DNA from: Botryllus schlosseri
Taxonomy: Eukaryota
NCBI GenBank assembly: GCA_051294905.1
Contig: CM119386.1
Coordinates: 13,020,001-13,084,000, forward strand
Reading direction: 5' to 3'
Length of the DNA: 64,000 bases
The notes beneath the pieces were generated by a model. That model was given only the letters and a program-made list of their open reading frames with translations, had not been told where the DNA came from and did no database searches. Each line of letters opens with the position of its first letter. Positions within the stretch are counted from its first letter, which is position 1. A program made the translations under genes and the position numbers. Shown here one piece after another: positions 1 through 13,979 of the stretch.

Positions 1-659
1 GTATTTACTGAAACTCTATTTGATAAACGGAAAACTCAGTCGTGAATAGAGTTGTAAGTTTCAAGGGTTGTTTCAAAGTATGATCTTGAAATGTGACTGG
101 ATCAAAGTTGGTAGTCATGTTTGTCAAAGTCCAAATATTTCATTTTGGATTATCTGGATTTATCTTTAGTACATCCCGCGAATGGATTCCGATGCGGTAC
201 TATAACATTTTTGATAATAATGACTCAAGGATTTTCAATCAACAATACTGGAATTTTTTGGTAATGCTAGAGTTGACGAGTGATAAGATGTGTGTTTTTG
301 TTAAGAGTTTGATTCCAAGTCAATAAAGACAATAACTGTGTAATGCACATACTTGTGATTCTTGATTCTTGTAGAGTTATAGTTGGTATTGATTCTATAA
401 GTGTGAAAACAGTGGCGCGGAATGTGCGAATAATTCGATGTGGCTGAAAGTCGGCGTCAGTAATATTCGGGTTACGTTCGATTCAGCAAAAACGCGTTAA
501 GGGATTTGTCAAAGGATTAGAGTTGTACCGATTTAAAACATTCAGATACGAATCGACTTGATTTGTGTAGTGAGTTACATTTCAAGTTGACAAACTAACA
601 CATTGATTGAATATTTTCATGGATCTTATCACGCAACTAAAGTCAGCCACTATTCGCGA

Positions 660-1476
660 GGTGTGAAACATATAGCGATCGCGGTCAAGTGACAAATTGT
701 TGGTTTTCGAATCACCGCCTGCGACGGTTCTGGGACAAACTAATTACCGAAATATTACCTTGTGAGCGGGTATGAGGGATTGCTAGCATTATCCGGTGAG
801 TGGTCGTCGGATTTTAAAATTATATCACACCCTTTTGAATAAGCGTTCACTTCACAGAGGATTAGGGTTAGAGCTGAAATAAGTGACAATTTGTCGCTAT
901 TCAAGTTACCGACACTGGCGGTCTGTTATTCGTTACTTGTTAAATCTTACGAGTGAAATCAAGTTCCGTGCCAAACTATCAAAATATTACCTTGTGAGCG
1001 ATTGGTATGTATGTAACAGCAAGTCACGAATGATGGCTATGTCTGGGACATTATCTTGTGAGTGATCGTAGCATTTTACAAATATTTCACACCTTTTTTG
1101 AAGTGTTAGTTTGTGTGCACGGTTATTGTTGGTGTTGAAGTCGCCGTCTACGTCGGCTCTGTGACAAAATAATTACCAAAATATAATTCTGCGAGTGATG
1201 CTTACGAATATTTCACCGCGTGAGCGATCGATATGTCTGTAACACCAAGTCGCGAAAGATGGTTATGTCCGAGATATTATCTTGTCAGCGATCGCGGGGT
1301 TTTGCAAACTATTTCACACATTTTTGAAGTGTTAGTTTGTGAACGCGGTTATTGTTGATGTTCGAAACGCCGTCTACGCCGGCTCTGCGGTAAACTAATT
1401 ACCAAAATATTACCTTGGAAGTGATTCCTTGTCAGCGATTGCGGGGTTTTGCAAACTATTTCACACCTTTTTTGCT
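660..1476. repeat. Degenerate tandem repeat, ~226-bp period
   Basis: GAAGTGTTAGTTTGTG at ~1100 and ~1326; recurring ATATTACCTTG, TATTTCACAC, CGGTTATTGTTG. Confidence 0.7.
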
Positions 1477-2390
1477 GAAAGTACGACATACCGCCCGCAG
1501 TCTATACCGAAAGTACGAATCACGACCGCATCCATAAGACGCAATAGCCGCATGCGACCCCCGCCGTGAGAAATAAGAGCCGCATGCCAACACGAGTTTC
1601 CAATACGACATGCGAGAGATGCCTATACCCGAAAGTACGAATCACGACAGCGTCCATAAGAATCCATTACGAATCACGGGAAAGTACGAATCACGACCAC
1701 GAGTTTTCATTACGATTCAGGAATAGTGTAATAATCGATAGTAGCGGCTGGACGAGAAATAATTCAGCACGCAGGTCGTTCGAAATATAGGTCGCACTGC
1801 TTAATCCTCACAACAAGTCACGTTTCCGTCCGCGCGGTTATTGTTGGTGACTCGTACATATTCAACACCGCGCGAGAGATGCCTGAAAGTACGAATCACG
1901 ACCGCACCCATAAGAACACATGGCGAGTCATCACAGATCCCGTAAGAATACACGACAGGCGAATCACCGCCACAGCCTATAGCAAAAAAGGCGAGTCACG
2001 ACCGCGAGTTTTCACGATATACACATTAACAAAGATTCATTCACATGACTATTCACTTGATACATATTCAACACCGGTCGAGAGATGCCTATACTCGAAA
2101 GTACGACATGCCACCCCGAGTTTCCATGCGATGTGCGAGAGATGTCTAAAAGTGCGACATGCCACCACGAGTTTTCCATGCGATGTGCGAGAGATGTCTA
2201 TATCTAAAAGTGCGATATGCCACCACGAGTTTTCCATGCGATGTGTGAGAGATGCCTATACCGGAAAGTGCGACATGCCACCCCACCCATAAGAACCAAT
2301 GGCGATGTGCGACCGAGAGGGGGGTCTAAAAGCGCGATATGCCACCCCGGGTTTCCAGGCGACATGCCACCCCGCCCATAAGAGCCCCAT
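1477..2390. repeat. Modular minisatellite, regularising to ~52-58-bp units at 2080-2390
   Basis: GAAAGTACGA at 1477, 1509, 1631, 1680, 1885, 2097; GAGAGATG-CTA...AAAGTGCGACATGCCACC..GAGTTTTCCATGCGATGTG units. Confidence 0.8.
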
Positions 2391-2424
2391 GCAAAAAAGG
2401 GCACACCCAGACCGATCGACTACA

Positions 2425-2576
2425 CTACTTTCGCACCGTCGGTTCATGCTTGAAAGAGAAATCCAATAACTCCTCCAGATTCTTTTTACTGGATAACGAC
2501 ATTGTCTTAGCATCAATATCTTCTGTCGCATTATCGTCCAGCTCATTCATGATCTTTTTCAAGTATGAAAACGAAT
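2425..2576 (-). CDS. Candidate exon 2 of the same gene: (D)SFSYLKKIMNELDDNATEDIDAKTMSLSSKKNLEELLDFSFKHEPTVRK*
   Basis: TTGTTTCAG acceptor in phase 1, protein-like composition; ends at TAG 2425-2427 or splices at AA|GTAGTG (2429). Confidence 0.4.
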
Positions 2577-3189
2577 CTGAAACAATTCTATTTTATCTGT
2601 CACATTAAATAAGGCATAAGATGGAATGGAGCGAAAAGACGTCGGAAGTAAATCTGCAAATCTCTGTGTTTCATCTTAGAACCGAAGTATAGTGACAATT
2701 ATATTTATTGAACTACGATCCAATAGAGTAGTTACAAAGCAAGAGGGGCTATTAGATGCTTTCCATCATCCTTCATGGGAACATAAAATATCGTGGTGAA
2801 GGCACATTTGGGTGGCGGTGGGGGTGTTAAGTCCCATAACTACAGCGTTAATAGGCCTACCCATAGCGCATGTAGAAAAAAACGAATATGCTTTATGTAA
2901 TCTATAGTCTGTCAACCTGCTAGGTCTGGAAATTGATCAAGTAGTCTTTGTCGAGCAGCAGTTTTTTCTCGCATTTTCGCCATTTCAAGTTCTTCTGCCG
3001 TAATGGATGCTTTGCGGCGATGTTGAGATGCAATGCCTGAATGAAAATATGCATTCAACATTATAAACCTGCATACAAGCATTCTCACTGCTCATGTGTA
3101 TGAGTTCCGATCACGGGTGCATGAATTCGGAAGGGGGCGACTCGCACTCTTTTATCCTTTCTCGGAGATTATGCCATTTATTGAGCAAG

Positions 3190-3600
3190 TGTGGAACAGC
3201 ATCTGTGCTGTGCATGTGCAACCCAAAGCCGAACAACACGCCGATCCCCGCACGCACCCCCAAACCCAACCTAACCTTTACCGCTCCTTCGCAACGTCGT
3301 CCAGTCCCTGTCTTCACATAATCCCGAAGTTATAACTTCCAACTAACCGATCCAAAACCTACCCCCTAAACTCTATTCCTCAGACAGCTACTGCGCCCAA
3401 ACAGATACCGACAAACCCTAATACGCAACTGCGATCGATGAACCCAGTCCTAAATAACCACCATCGGCACCATCCTTAACCCACTATACCACAACTCGAA
3501 ACCCCTAGCGCTCGCCCAACCCACATCTCATCCTAAACCCGAACCAGCATAACCTGAAACCGCAACGCAGATGCCTCAACTACAACCTACAAACGGAGAA
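3190..3600. repeat. Strongly strand-biased C/A-rich tract with degenerate CCTAA/CCCAA motifs
   Basis: Repeated AACCC/CCTAA/CCCTA; short GCATCTG / CAGATGC inverted ends; no clean (CCCTAA)n run. Confidence 0.45.
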
Positions 3601-3862
3601 TACAGCTCCTAGCCAAAAAAGTAACTAATTCGAATGAGTAACGATCTTTGTTGAATGGCTAATGGCTATATTAAGGCATTGACAATTTGGAATGACTCTT
3701 TTTGCCGAATTACTCGCCGTTATGACACTTGGTGGTTTGACTTCATAATTTGTATACTCGTTGTTTTGTGTGCTTGATGAATCCATAGTGGTTGGTGAGT
3801 CGATGCTCAATCTGTATTTCGGCCATACACAAATCTGCTAGTCAGACTAGACATAATCGTAC

Positions 3863-3980
3863 CACTTGTAGATCTTTCTATATCGGTTGCCTCAGATTGT
3901 TTCACAGAACCGCTTGACGACAGTCGTCTGCGCTTCCGAAATGCACCATCAGCGGCGGTTCTGCTTGGAGAAGAGCCCAT
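3863..3980 (-). CDS. Candidate exon 1 of an unidentified minus-strand gene: MGSSPSRTAADGAFRKRRRLSSSGSVKQSEATDIERSTS
   Basis: GAAAG-ATG-G start context, MGxxxS myristoylation consensus, polybasic RKRRR, phase-1 donor G|GTACGA. Confidence 0.4.
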
Positions 3981-6900
3981 CTTTCAGAGATTGCGCGCAC
4001 CGAATGCCGTGATATCTGTCACTGCGATTCGACTTCTGCACGAAGCGACACGGGATTGATGCGACGAGATCGTATATTATTGTACGTAGGAATGTTCTTA
4101 CTGAAAATAGCATAAATAGTAGCCTAAACTCAGTATTCAAAGATACGATTATTTGTTCTGCGCCAATTCACAGAGTATGATAAGGCAATGAAGTGAGGTT
4201 ACTATAGATACTGATCGCATAAGGCAGTCGCAAAACGCTGCCCTCGTAATATTTTATTCGCCGCAGCTTTTGTCATCGTCAAACACAGATATATTTCTAT
4301 GTTGATCGATTAGTGGCCGGGGAGAAGTTTTCGTCATTAGTGAACGACATCGTTTGATTGATATGAATAATTTAATATACATTCTAGCTAAGATTCGGCG
4401 GGGTGAGTACGGGGCAATGATATGGTCCGCTGCCTCATCATAATTGGATCCGCGCTCAGCTTAACTTAGATCATATCTCAATAATTATATTTATACCCAT
4501 TTAGGGAATAATGTCAAGCGCTAAAGCGGACGACCGTACAAGTCAGAAGTTACCAGCAAATTGAATATATGGGATACTAACTAACCAGAATTCCTACCGA
4601 AGCGTTGGGGGTTTATCTATGCTCCTCACCACCTTCTGATCCCGTGTTTGAAAAGTCAAGAAGCGGGCCAAGCAACGAGTCGACAGATACGGAATCATGA
4701 TAATGAATATGGACCTGCTGTAAATGAACTTTGTAGTCGAAAAACAACATACCTTTGCACACCTTCATCAGGTGAACCCAAGGCCAGAAAAGCATATTAT
4801 TAGTTATTGTATCTTGAAGGTACGTGGGACCATCCATACTCAGTACTCACCAGTGACCACAGACCATATTCATCTTGCGACTAGTTTTGAGAGAATTTTG
4901 AGAGTTCATCGAATCATTATGTTATCATGGCTTGATCTCAGTTCTATTAAAATACGCCGATGATTGAAGTCATCAGCAAATTTCATAACACCGCAGCACT
5001 TTATAGCTCCGTAATTAATAAGTCTCATTTTGGTATGGTAAGATTAGTTATTGGTTCGATGTAATATTCCATACAACGTTAGCCCACCGTATCCCCGTCC
5101 TTAGATTTATTTACGTTATGCGTGTAACCGAACTTGAACAACAGGTTAAATTAGAAGAGAACTCACTTTTGAAGTTCAAATCTTGACGATGATAGATTCT
5201 GTAAATTTTAATTATAACGCGTTGATGTTGAAAATGCGATTGCGCGAACATAGGAAATGGATGGGCTGTTATCGGCGATATTGTCACTGAAGTATTGATA
5301 ATTTACGACTAAAATACGGTATCCCGTTTTCCATTTCGGTTGTCCAGAAATTATCTTTTTGACCTTTGTCCGTATTGTAAACGACTGCCAGGAATAGTCT
5401 CGTCGGCTTTCAAATTGCACTATAGCCTACTTCCATTCATTTATACTTTGGCGACATTGGTTGGGTGGATGGATGGTTGGTTACCCACGTTACTCGCTTG
5501 TAGTTTTATTCCCTGATACGGGCTGTAATCCCACAATGGAAACATGAATCGGTGACTTTACTATATTGCGGTGTTTAGTTTACATAGAGCGATGTTAGGG
5601 CTATTTGCAGACTTTAAATAGTGTTTTACGGTAAGTTATGAAAAGATATATCAATTTGTGGTTCACTTTTTACTACCGATCTTTAGATTGCAGTCTTCTT
5701 TCTTCCTTCATCGATCTCGGAGTATAAATAACCTCGCTTAAGCATTGTGCAATCACGTCCCTACAGTAAATTTAATTCTCCTTCCATTTCGCTACTGATA
5801 AGCCAACATCATTATAGACGTTTTTAAAGAAATATCGGATTTTAACGTTCGAGGCCAAGAAGGATATTATCGACCGAACTGGAGGATATATTCTTTCTCA
5901 GAAAAAAGTTAGAAATGTCACGTGATATTATGGTCTATTTCTGATTTCATTTTACTGTCTTTGACCATTACAAAGGGTGAATTCGGTTCGTAAATTTGAC
6001 AAGTCGCCGTATATTCTGCTCTCAGTCACTATTATTCTCGCATTTCTATTAACAGACCATGCATTTCTATAATGAATAATGATTATATTGGTACCATATT
6101 GTTCCGATCCTGCATGATAAAGTATATAGATTATATACTCTATTGATCAAGCGAATGGCGTGCCTAATCGCAGAATAAGGCAGCATTTCTCATTACTTAT
6201 GTAGCGTAGCAAATGAACGAGCAATTAATTATATCGTATGCGTATGATGAATGGTGAAATGAGTTTGGGCTGCCCATGTCATTGAATGTACCACAAAAAT
6301 TCTGTCTCGACAAAAATTGCCGTAACAATATTTTTACCACGTTTTCAAGAAGGATCGGTCCAGGATGATTTTAGTCAATTTTCTCCGCCCTTTTTAGGAT
6401 CGCTTCTGCTGAAAAGTAAACCTATGCAATATCTTTATGGATATAAAACTGAGCAGGTCCATACGTCAGGCGATGCCACATTTATCAATCGCTTACTGTA
6501 TCTAATTATTATTTTATTTGTATGATAGTTATACTGTATAACAGTTCGCGGCATTCTCGCAATTCCAAGCGGCCGCAATGCGTACGTGCGTAGTGAAATC
6601 TTGCGTCGACGCTGCGTGACTTGGGCTGTAATCAATCATCTGGTGAGCTGCGATCGAGCGTGTAACGTAAATTCCGCCGTAATGTGCCGTACTCGCGCGC
6701 TAGCACCTAATTTAGCGACAATCTAAACGCAGAACATCATGCTTATACTAAAGGGTTAAATTTATTCCAGGCGGGCTATTTCCGATCCAGCAAAAGTAGC
6801 TCAAGGGGATACTCTGGGTGAAGTATATCCAATTATGCATGCATCTTATTAGGCGCTATGTTCGATATGATGTCGGTGGTACGTGAGTGATGTTTGAATA

Positions 6901-8354
6901 CGACGACTCGGCGTAACGCACATCGTGTATGGAACGTTAGGTGCCTTTCCCCGCGTAATTGATGTGCGTTGAACCCGCCAAATGAATCAGACTTATGACT
7001 GAATGCCAATTTTATTCAGGCTTTTGTTCGAACATAATCAAAGTCATTCTGACTTACTGTCAATCCCTATTACGCAGATGATTGTAAAAGAGTCTTTCCA
7101 ATTTGTCTAAATGCGTGTTCGCCTGAATGATTGGGCGGTACTCGCTTTTGGCTTAACGTAAGGTATTGATCTCAAAGTCGCTTTTACTTAAAATGTGATG
7201 GATCTTCTCACAGAATTTAGGATTTTGTCAAATCCCGAGAGACTCGAGAAATAAGATATATGCCAATCGGTTCAGGTATCATTCTGTGTAATCTCATAAG
7301 TTGAGTAGAGCTGCTCACAAGACAGTCGGGATAATTGGAGTTTCTGCTACTGCCTGCAGACACAGTGCCTATGGTAAATATGTTTTCCGGTGAGTCGACA
7401 TATGCTCAATACATTGTCTGAGTACGGAGAATTTATAATAGTGCATGGTATATCATGCCAAGGAGTATATAAAACTTACTTTCCACTGCAGTATGACCAC
7501 GGCCGTAGACGAAAGTGGTATATGTTTGTTAGAAGAGCTTCTTGGAGGCAGAGAACATCAATATACTATTCATTTATATGTATATTAAATACATAATACT
7601 GTATATACATAAAATATATACATAGTGCGCAGGGTTGCAATGTTTGAAGTAAGTTTTTGAGGTAATTTGTTACTTTCGTAGATATTCCAGTGTAGACATG
7701 ACGTTTCATTGCTGCAAGTTTTACCTCTCCTACGATTTTTTCCATCAATTCCACTGGGAATGAGCATCGGGGCTTTCCTTGATCAATTGTTGCCGTATCA
7801 TCTACATTATTTGACTATACGCTCACCACAGTCTCTATGCGCTGTATAGTATACGATTAAGATTGTTGTTGATTACAGTGTGATGATTCCTAATGCGGTA
7901 ACATTAGGAATGCGAATGCAATTACGGGTTTCATGGACCATGCAGCACCATAACTACTCAGCCCCTCCTCGCCATCTAATCCGTATAAGTGATGTCTTAT
8001 AAAAGCCTAGAAGTTGGCCGTGCTACAAGTCGGCAGCTACGGAATAAAAAAAATGAAAAAAATTGACCTGATGTAAATGACCATAGTAGTCGACAAACAA
8101 CATACAACTACTCAGCTGGTTGCATCTCGGCATTGACAAAAACTGGAATCGAATAATCAATTTCCGACGTATGCATTTGCGGACGTTTTGTGATAAAATA
8201 TAGGTACTTTCAGCGGAGTGGCGTAGCAATATGACAACTAAACGCCAACAAATCGCACTCCCAACTTACTTTCGTGATTCGAAACACGAAATAAGATAAG
8301 TTCATCCTCATATCCTATCGTCGACTATCATCGGGAAGAATATCAAGATTTATC

Positions 8355-8500
8355 TTGCAGCCAGGTTGTATTTTCAGCCTGAAGAAATCGAATTGGAGTA
8401 TTTGAAGGCAATTCACCGTGAGACCCAACGTAGCATTAAGGAAATGACTTTACGACAAAGCCAACAAAATTTGACGTATGCGGCAGGCGATTTAGCTCTG
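8355..8500 (+). pseudogene. Probable decayed non-LTR (RTE/CR1-type) reverse-transcriptase fragment
   Basis: GCIFS (cf. QGCILSP) then, after a frameshift, LEYLKAIHRE...SIK...QNLTYAAGDLAL (cf. GIK...NLRYADDxxL) at about the expected spacing. Confidence 0.4.
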
Positions 8501-9039
8501 AACAGGGAGTGCGGCCAAGGAGGCAGTGCCTCGATCACTTGCCGAGTGGATTATTAAAAGAAAGTAGTGTAACCTTCAATGATTATTGTTATTTGCCTTC
8601 TGGTCTTAATGTTCACATATGTAGCACCTGTGCTAACGACCCGGCGTAGAATTTAAAATAATTGGTATCATTCGAATACTATGGTCGCTCACTGATTCCG
8701 AAAATCATAATATGAGTAATAGCCGGACACCAAAACCCCCTCAAAATCGCCAAGAACTGTTGAAATCGGTTTTACTGTCACGTACAGGGACTGCGCAATG
8801 AAACATTTCAAGGGGGAAGGGGGAACAAATTAATCCGTGTCCGGTTGCTGGCCTGACAATCCGACAATGCGCTATTCGCTATCTAGTTTGCGAACGACGG
8901 TACGGTGTAGTATAAATTCTGAAGTAGCGATAGCTCAGATATATTACAGAGCAAATACCTTCTCTTACTGATTTAGCTGTAATGTAAATTCCTTACATAA
9001 CTTCATTTGTGAAAACGTAGTACCTGCTGCGTGTGAAGC

Positions 9040-10153
9040 GCGGCTGTAGAGTCAACATAATTGTATTTGGTCTTGATGGCGTCGGAGCCACAAAATTTTT
9101 GTAACACCCTTTGGAATCGGAGTTGGAGTCAGAGTTGGGGAAACTCGGGTAACCATATTTTGTTATCCGAGAAAGAAGACTCTTTTTTCAGGTGATGTCA
9201 ACGGCATGGTCTTTACGGGAAATGGTGTGATCGGTCGTGATTTGTGTAAAAAAGGTTGTTTTTCCGAGCCGGTTCCCACGGCTTGTTTAGTTTGTCACCA
9301 ATTGGGACGTCATAGTGGATTGACATTGATAATTGAAAATATAGGATAAATATAGTTCTTTTGACGAAATATCTCTACTATCGCTGTTAAACCGACTATT
9401 TTGAGGGTTCCAACCATCCCATATCCATATACGTCGGCTATATCGGGGTTAATTGTTCGTAGGCTCATACAACATGTTTTTGGAAAGTATTTACACAATT
9501 ATGGCATAATTTTACAGCTTGAAAAAACATCATTTTTTTTAAAGGCCTCTGTTTAAAACACTGTTTAAAACATGTTGTAAACATAGTGTTTTAAAACACC
9601 GTTTGTTTTAAATGGAACCCTAACTGTCTCTATATCATCGGCGGCAATAAAAGAGGACGTTTTACTACAAAAGGGGAAATTTGGGCGTCCTCGGAGGACA
9701 TTTCGGTTCTATTGAAAAAAAATGACAAATCCTCTTGAAGAGGAGGTATGGTATCCACAGGGGAAACACAAACTGGTCGGAGTCGGAGTTGGAGTGGTAA
9801 AATGTTCTGATTTCGACTCCGGCTACTTTGAAATTCATCCTAATGTTCTCAAATGCTACTAAAAAGTGCCGTTGCAGTTACAAAACACATTACGTTCTTC
9901 ACGTTGGCGGAATTCCACAAACTCAATTTCTTTCTGCGACCTTGATTTCCCTCAATTCAAAGAAAATAGGCTGATCAAATTGGTAATATTAATGACTAAA
10001 ATGTAAATTAACATGAACGTTGGAGTCGGAGTTCTGTGAAGAAAATATTGGAGGTCGGAGTAGGCAAGTTTAAATCTTCCAGAGTCGATACACTGAAAAT
10101 GTCTGGAGTCAGAGTTGGATTAGGTGGTAAAGTTAACCGACTCCACAGCTCTG
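9040..10153. mobile_element. Degenerate hAT-type MITE with GGAGTCGGAG subterminal arrays, containing a family X copy (~9300-9622)
   Basis: Right end CCGACTCCACAGCTCTG; repeated GGAGTC(G/A)GAGT; nested segment matches 63060-63335. Confidence 0.6.
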
Positions 10154-12884
10154 ATGCGATGGGTGCTAACTGCTAAGCTACTGTGAAGAAGTCATCAACT
10201 GATTCTGCTATCTTTCTTGGGTGTTATATATTCGCGAATCTGGGAATCTGCTTATCCAATCATGAAACTCTCCGCACATCACTGGGTCAGAAAGTTTTCG
10301 GTTGTCAAGGATATCTTGAGCAAACTGAAGTTGCGTTTTGTGGTTTAACGTTAAAGTTACGAATAAAAGAATGGAATGATGTGATTTGTGGAATTATTTG
10401 ATCTCACGAGATAGCGCTCGTGAGTCAAGAGTCGTCTCGATAGTTTGTTGACATTGTCACTTGTCAATACTACTGCGAAGGTGAATAAGACGAGATGTGT
10501 AGCAGTGGGCATTCTAAGTATCGATGTCTTTCTATGTTCCGAAGACAGCTGCTATGGAATACGATATAGCTAACGAACTATGTACTGAGCGGTATATAAA
10601 AATTATCTGACGCGCCGTGGTGGAACTATATGATGATAATTTGCTAGGTATTAATGTATGATGGTATCGGACAGCCTTTCCGATCGAGTTTAGGACAAAA
10701 TAGCTAATGAATTTCTTGAAGAATGCGCGCGAAAGCTCGTAATAACGGAATCCGAGATAGCACAATACTGGAAAAGAGTTTTGCAAATGCAACGGTTTCA
10801 TGTGCGTCGCTATGTGACGCAGATTATGATGACGTCACATTGTTAACAAATGACAGTATTTTCGGGAAGTGCAACTTCCATTTCCTAGCAGAGCGTTGGT
10901 GCGGAATGCAGCTTCAGTTTTAGTTATTCGATTTATCGCTCGCCTTTGTGCTAGGGAGTTACATAGTATTGTTTAGTTGCTTGCATATAGCAGCCAGCTG
11001 CTGCCTTGCTACTACTAGAAGGTGTTTACACAATAATACACATAGTTGTTGGTGGTCAACTATTCTAGTACAGAATGACATGGGGCGGTCTACTCGTTTC
11101 TGTCAAATGTTGTTTCTACCGTGTGAATGTAAGCGTACAAACACAGTAACGTTCAGTAGCGGAAATTATGATCGATTTCGTATATGTGCATGTGCAGTGT
11201 GCATATTAATGGATGCGTGTCGTGCTCTGAATGATTTTGCATTACCGAAATTTGGACATCGCGTCATTTGCCTCGCAAAAGGCAGTCATTAAAATGCAGT
11301 GCGTGGTTGATTATAATGTGGACGCAAAAGTAAGCTATCTGAAGGTTCGTGTCTAATTTGTGCAAGTATGCGCGATATGCGACTGCGCGCAATTCACATG
11401 CACCAGTTGCTGAAATGTTAGTCGTTTTTGGGATTTGGCATTAGCTCTCAATTCATGACGGCAATCTACTTTGTAGCATGGCAATAGTATCACAATAATG
11501 TTATATTTTCGATAACGTATCGCGCATGGTGTTAACTGCATTAGACATACGAGTTACAGATTCATCATCTATAATTGGGTTGAACACCCTAGTGTAACGG
11601 TTGTCTAATATCTAGTCGGAGCTGTCACGTAATATTGTGCATTCGTCTCAATGGATTGACGATTAAAGTGTACGGTGATTTCATAGTATTCAGTTACCAA
11701 TCAATAAAATTGGCGGTTCAATACCCCAGAGATGTTCGCCAAACGCGTACGGAGCAAAATGTATGAGCACTGATCATGATCATGTATATAAATCGATCAG
11801 TTAGGGCACATCCGTTTTGATGTGAAGAGCGGTTGCTGTAATTGTTGCATGGTTTAATCTTCCATACGCCGGATTGCTGGGTACAGTTCTGTGGCGTTTG
11901 TGCGAATGCGTAACTATGGCATTGATGTTATACTGCCGCCGTGCTTGTATTGATAACAATCCACAAGTTGCGGAAACTTCCGTAACAGTTCAATTTATAA
12001 CGCTGTACACAATATCCGTAGAAAGCCAATCCATTGTCCCCCAAGTCCTGTAATAATGTAAAATACTCAAATAACAACATCGACTTTCTGTTGTTCAACA
12101 CTTCCTATTATCGTCACATCAATATTCCGATATTTATTTAAGAATGGATCTGCGGCTTGGTTTGTCGCGCTTCGCAACTATTCCTTTCTCATAAATTTAC
12201 ACCGACAGGATAACTTAACACTACGCGTAAACGTATTAGCCCTATATTTTTCATTACACCTTACACCCTGCGAGGTGCTCATCAATGAATATATATAATG
12301 ATATAGGCCTGTAGAGTATAGTAAGTTCATGAGCGCAATTGACATAGTCAATTGACAACACGACAGTTCTTTCGTCGAAGCAACAAAAGCTTGTTTCAGC
12401 TACTTATCTAGGCTCCTACTGAATGAAATAGGCATGACCCCAGCCGGTGTCCTACTCAAAAACAGTGCGTTTCTAACCATTTGAAGGCGCTGCCCCGACT
12501 TATTCGTACCCTTGCTGATCCGTACCAGTGTCGAATACCTCAACAATGTACAATTATACGCATGAGCGCGGTGGATACGACGTTGAATAGCCAGGACTCC
12601 TCTACATTGTGGTTTGTCATCAGAATCACCCGCCGCAATTACGACAGTGGTCCATGCTCGCCACATTTGATCAAACAAATTAAAAAACCTTCGCATTTCC
12701 TATAAATCCACACAAAATGTATTGTTCTCGGGCTGTTTTTAAGGATACGCATTGCGAATATGCACCGTCGCTCTCGTGTTTATAAAATGTGACCGAACCA
12801 CACGACATGCGAATTCTCCATATGAGAGAAAAGCTATATAAGTGCAATTATGCATTGCCCAACAATTGGTATGTAGTATACCTA

Positions 12885-13248
12885 CCAGACTCGGACAACT
12901 AGATAATTCCAGTCATCTAATAGACTAATTAGAACGGAATTCCGGTAATATAATTCTAATCTAATTTGTGAAATGTTTCTATGCTCTAATTCTAATATAA
13001 TTTCTGGCTTTCCTGAAAATGTTACAGGAGAGCTGTATATTGCGAAACGAGCCAAGCTTGGTGAGCACACATTCGCCATTGTCACGCGCATGACAATGAA
13101 CAAAGATTTGACATGAAATCAACTGTTGTGTTTCTTCCGCGAATTCAGCAGTTTTAATTCTAATCTAATTTGAAAAAAAATTGTAGCTATAATTCTAATT
13201 CTAATCTAATTCGGAAATTTTTGGTAGTTGTCCAATGTCCAACTCTGG
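12885..13248. mobile_element. MITE family Y (TA-flanked), relatives at ~54690-54960 and ~60305-60595
   Basis: Ends CCAGA..GGACAACTA / TAGTTGTCC..TCTGG flanked by TA; shared core GAAATGTTTCTATG...TTTCCTGAAAATG(C/T)TACAGGA. Confidence 0.6.
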
Positions 13249-13474
13249 TAGGGGCGCCGGTCTGACGCAGGGCTTTGCATTTCCGCGTGTCTGTCAAGAT
13301 GTGCTTATGATATGCATTTATGTACGTATGCAATACATGCATAAACCGGCTTCGCTGTTTTCAGCACTGTTTATTCGCTGGTGTTAGTTCCAATGCAAGC
13401 ATTCGCGACCCGATATGGGTGTAGATGTGCGAATCTCACAAACATTCCCCGTACGTCGCGTCTGCGGTTGGGAT

Positions 13475-13979
13475 TAGGGCTGCATTTTAAACAAATGGTG
13501 TTTTAAAATATACGTCGTTTATAACATGTTTGAAACAGTGTTTATAAATATACCTTTTTTCAAACGTTGTATAATTATGCGATAATTGTGTAAATGCTGT
13601 CGAAAAAACATGAACTACGAGCCTGCGGACGATTTGCACTCGACATAGTCCACGAATACGACATGGAATGGTTGGAACCCTCGAAATCTTCGGCGGTTCA
13701 ACAGTTATAGCACGTAGATACAAATCATTGGTACGGAATTGCTGTTCTGATGATGATGATGACGACCATAAAAATGCTGCATAACTATGTAGTCCTAGTT
13801 AACGATATTTTTGGTCCGTTATGGCAGGGTCGGAAGCCTTTTTCGTCAAAGGAGTCATCAGTCAATCCACGGTGACGTCACAATTAAATATTTGTTGCGT
13901 CGTGGCTAAAAAAACAATGAAAATACATGTTTTAAACGAGGGTCATGTTTTAACCATGTTTGTTTTAAATGCAAACCAA
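13475..13979. mobile_element. Older, reverse-oriented copy of MITE family X
   Basis: TAGGGCTGCATTT left end; internal TGGTTGGAACCCTCGAAA is the reverse complement of the 63140-63170 core; TSD decayed. Confidence 0.65.

Noticed and set aside
1477-2110. GAAAGTACGA(ATCACGAC) repeats as a CRISPR-like array
   Set aside because: Spacing is irregular (32-212 bp), the intervening sequences are themselves built from shared words, the context is eukaryotic and there are no cas genes.
3190-3600. Interstitial telomere
   Set aside because: No tandem CCCTAA run; only degenerate C/A-rich motifs, more like a TE interior.
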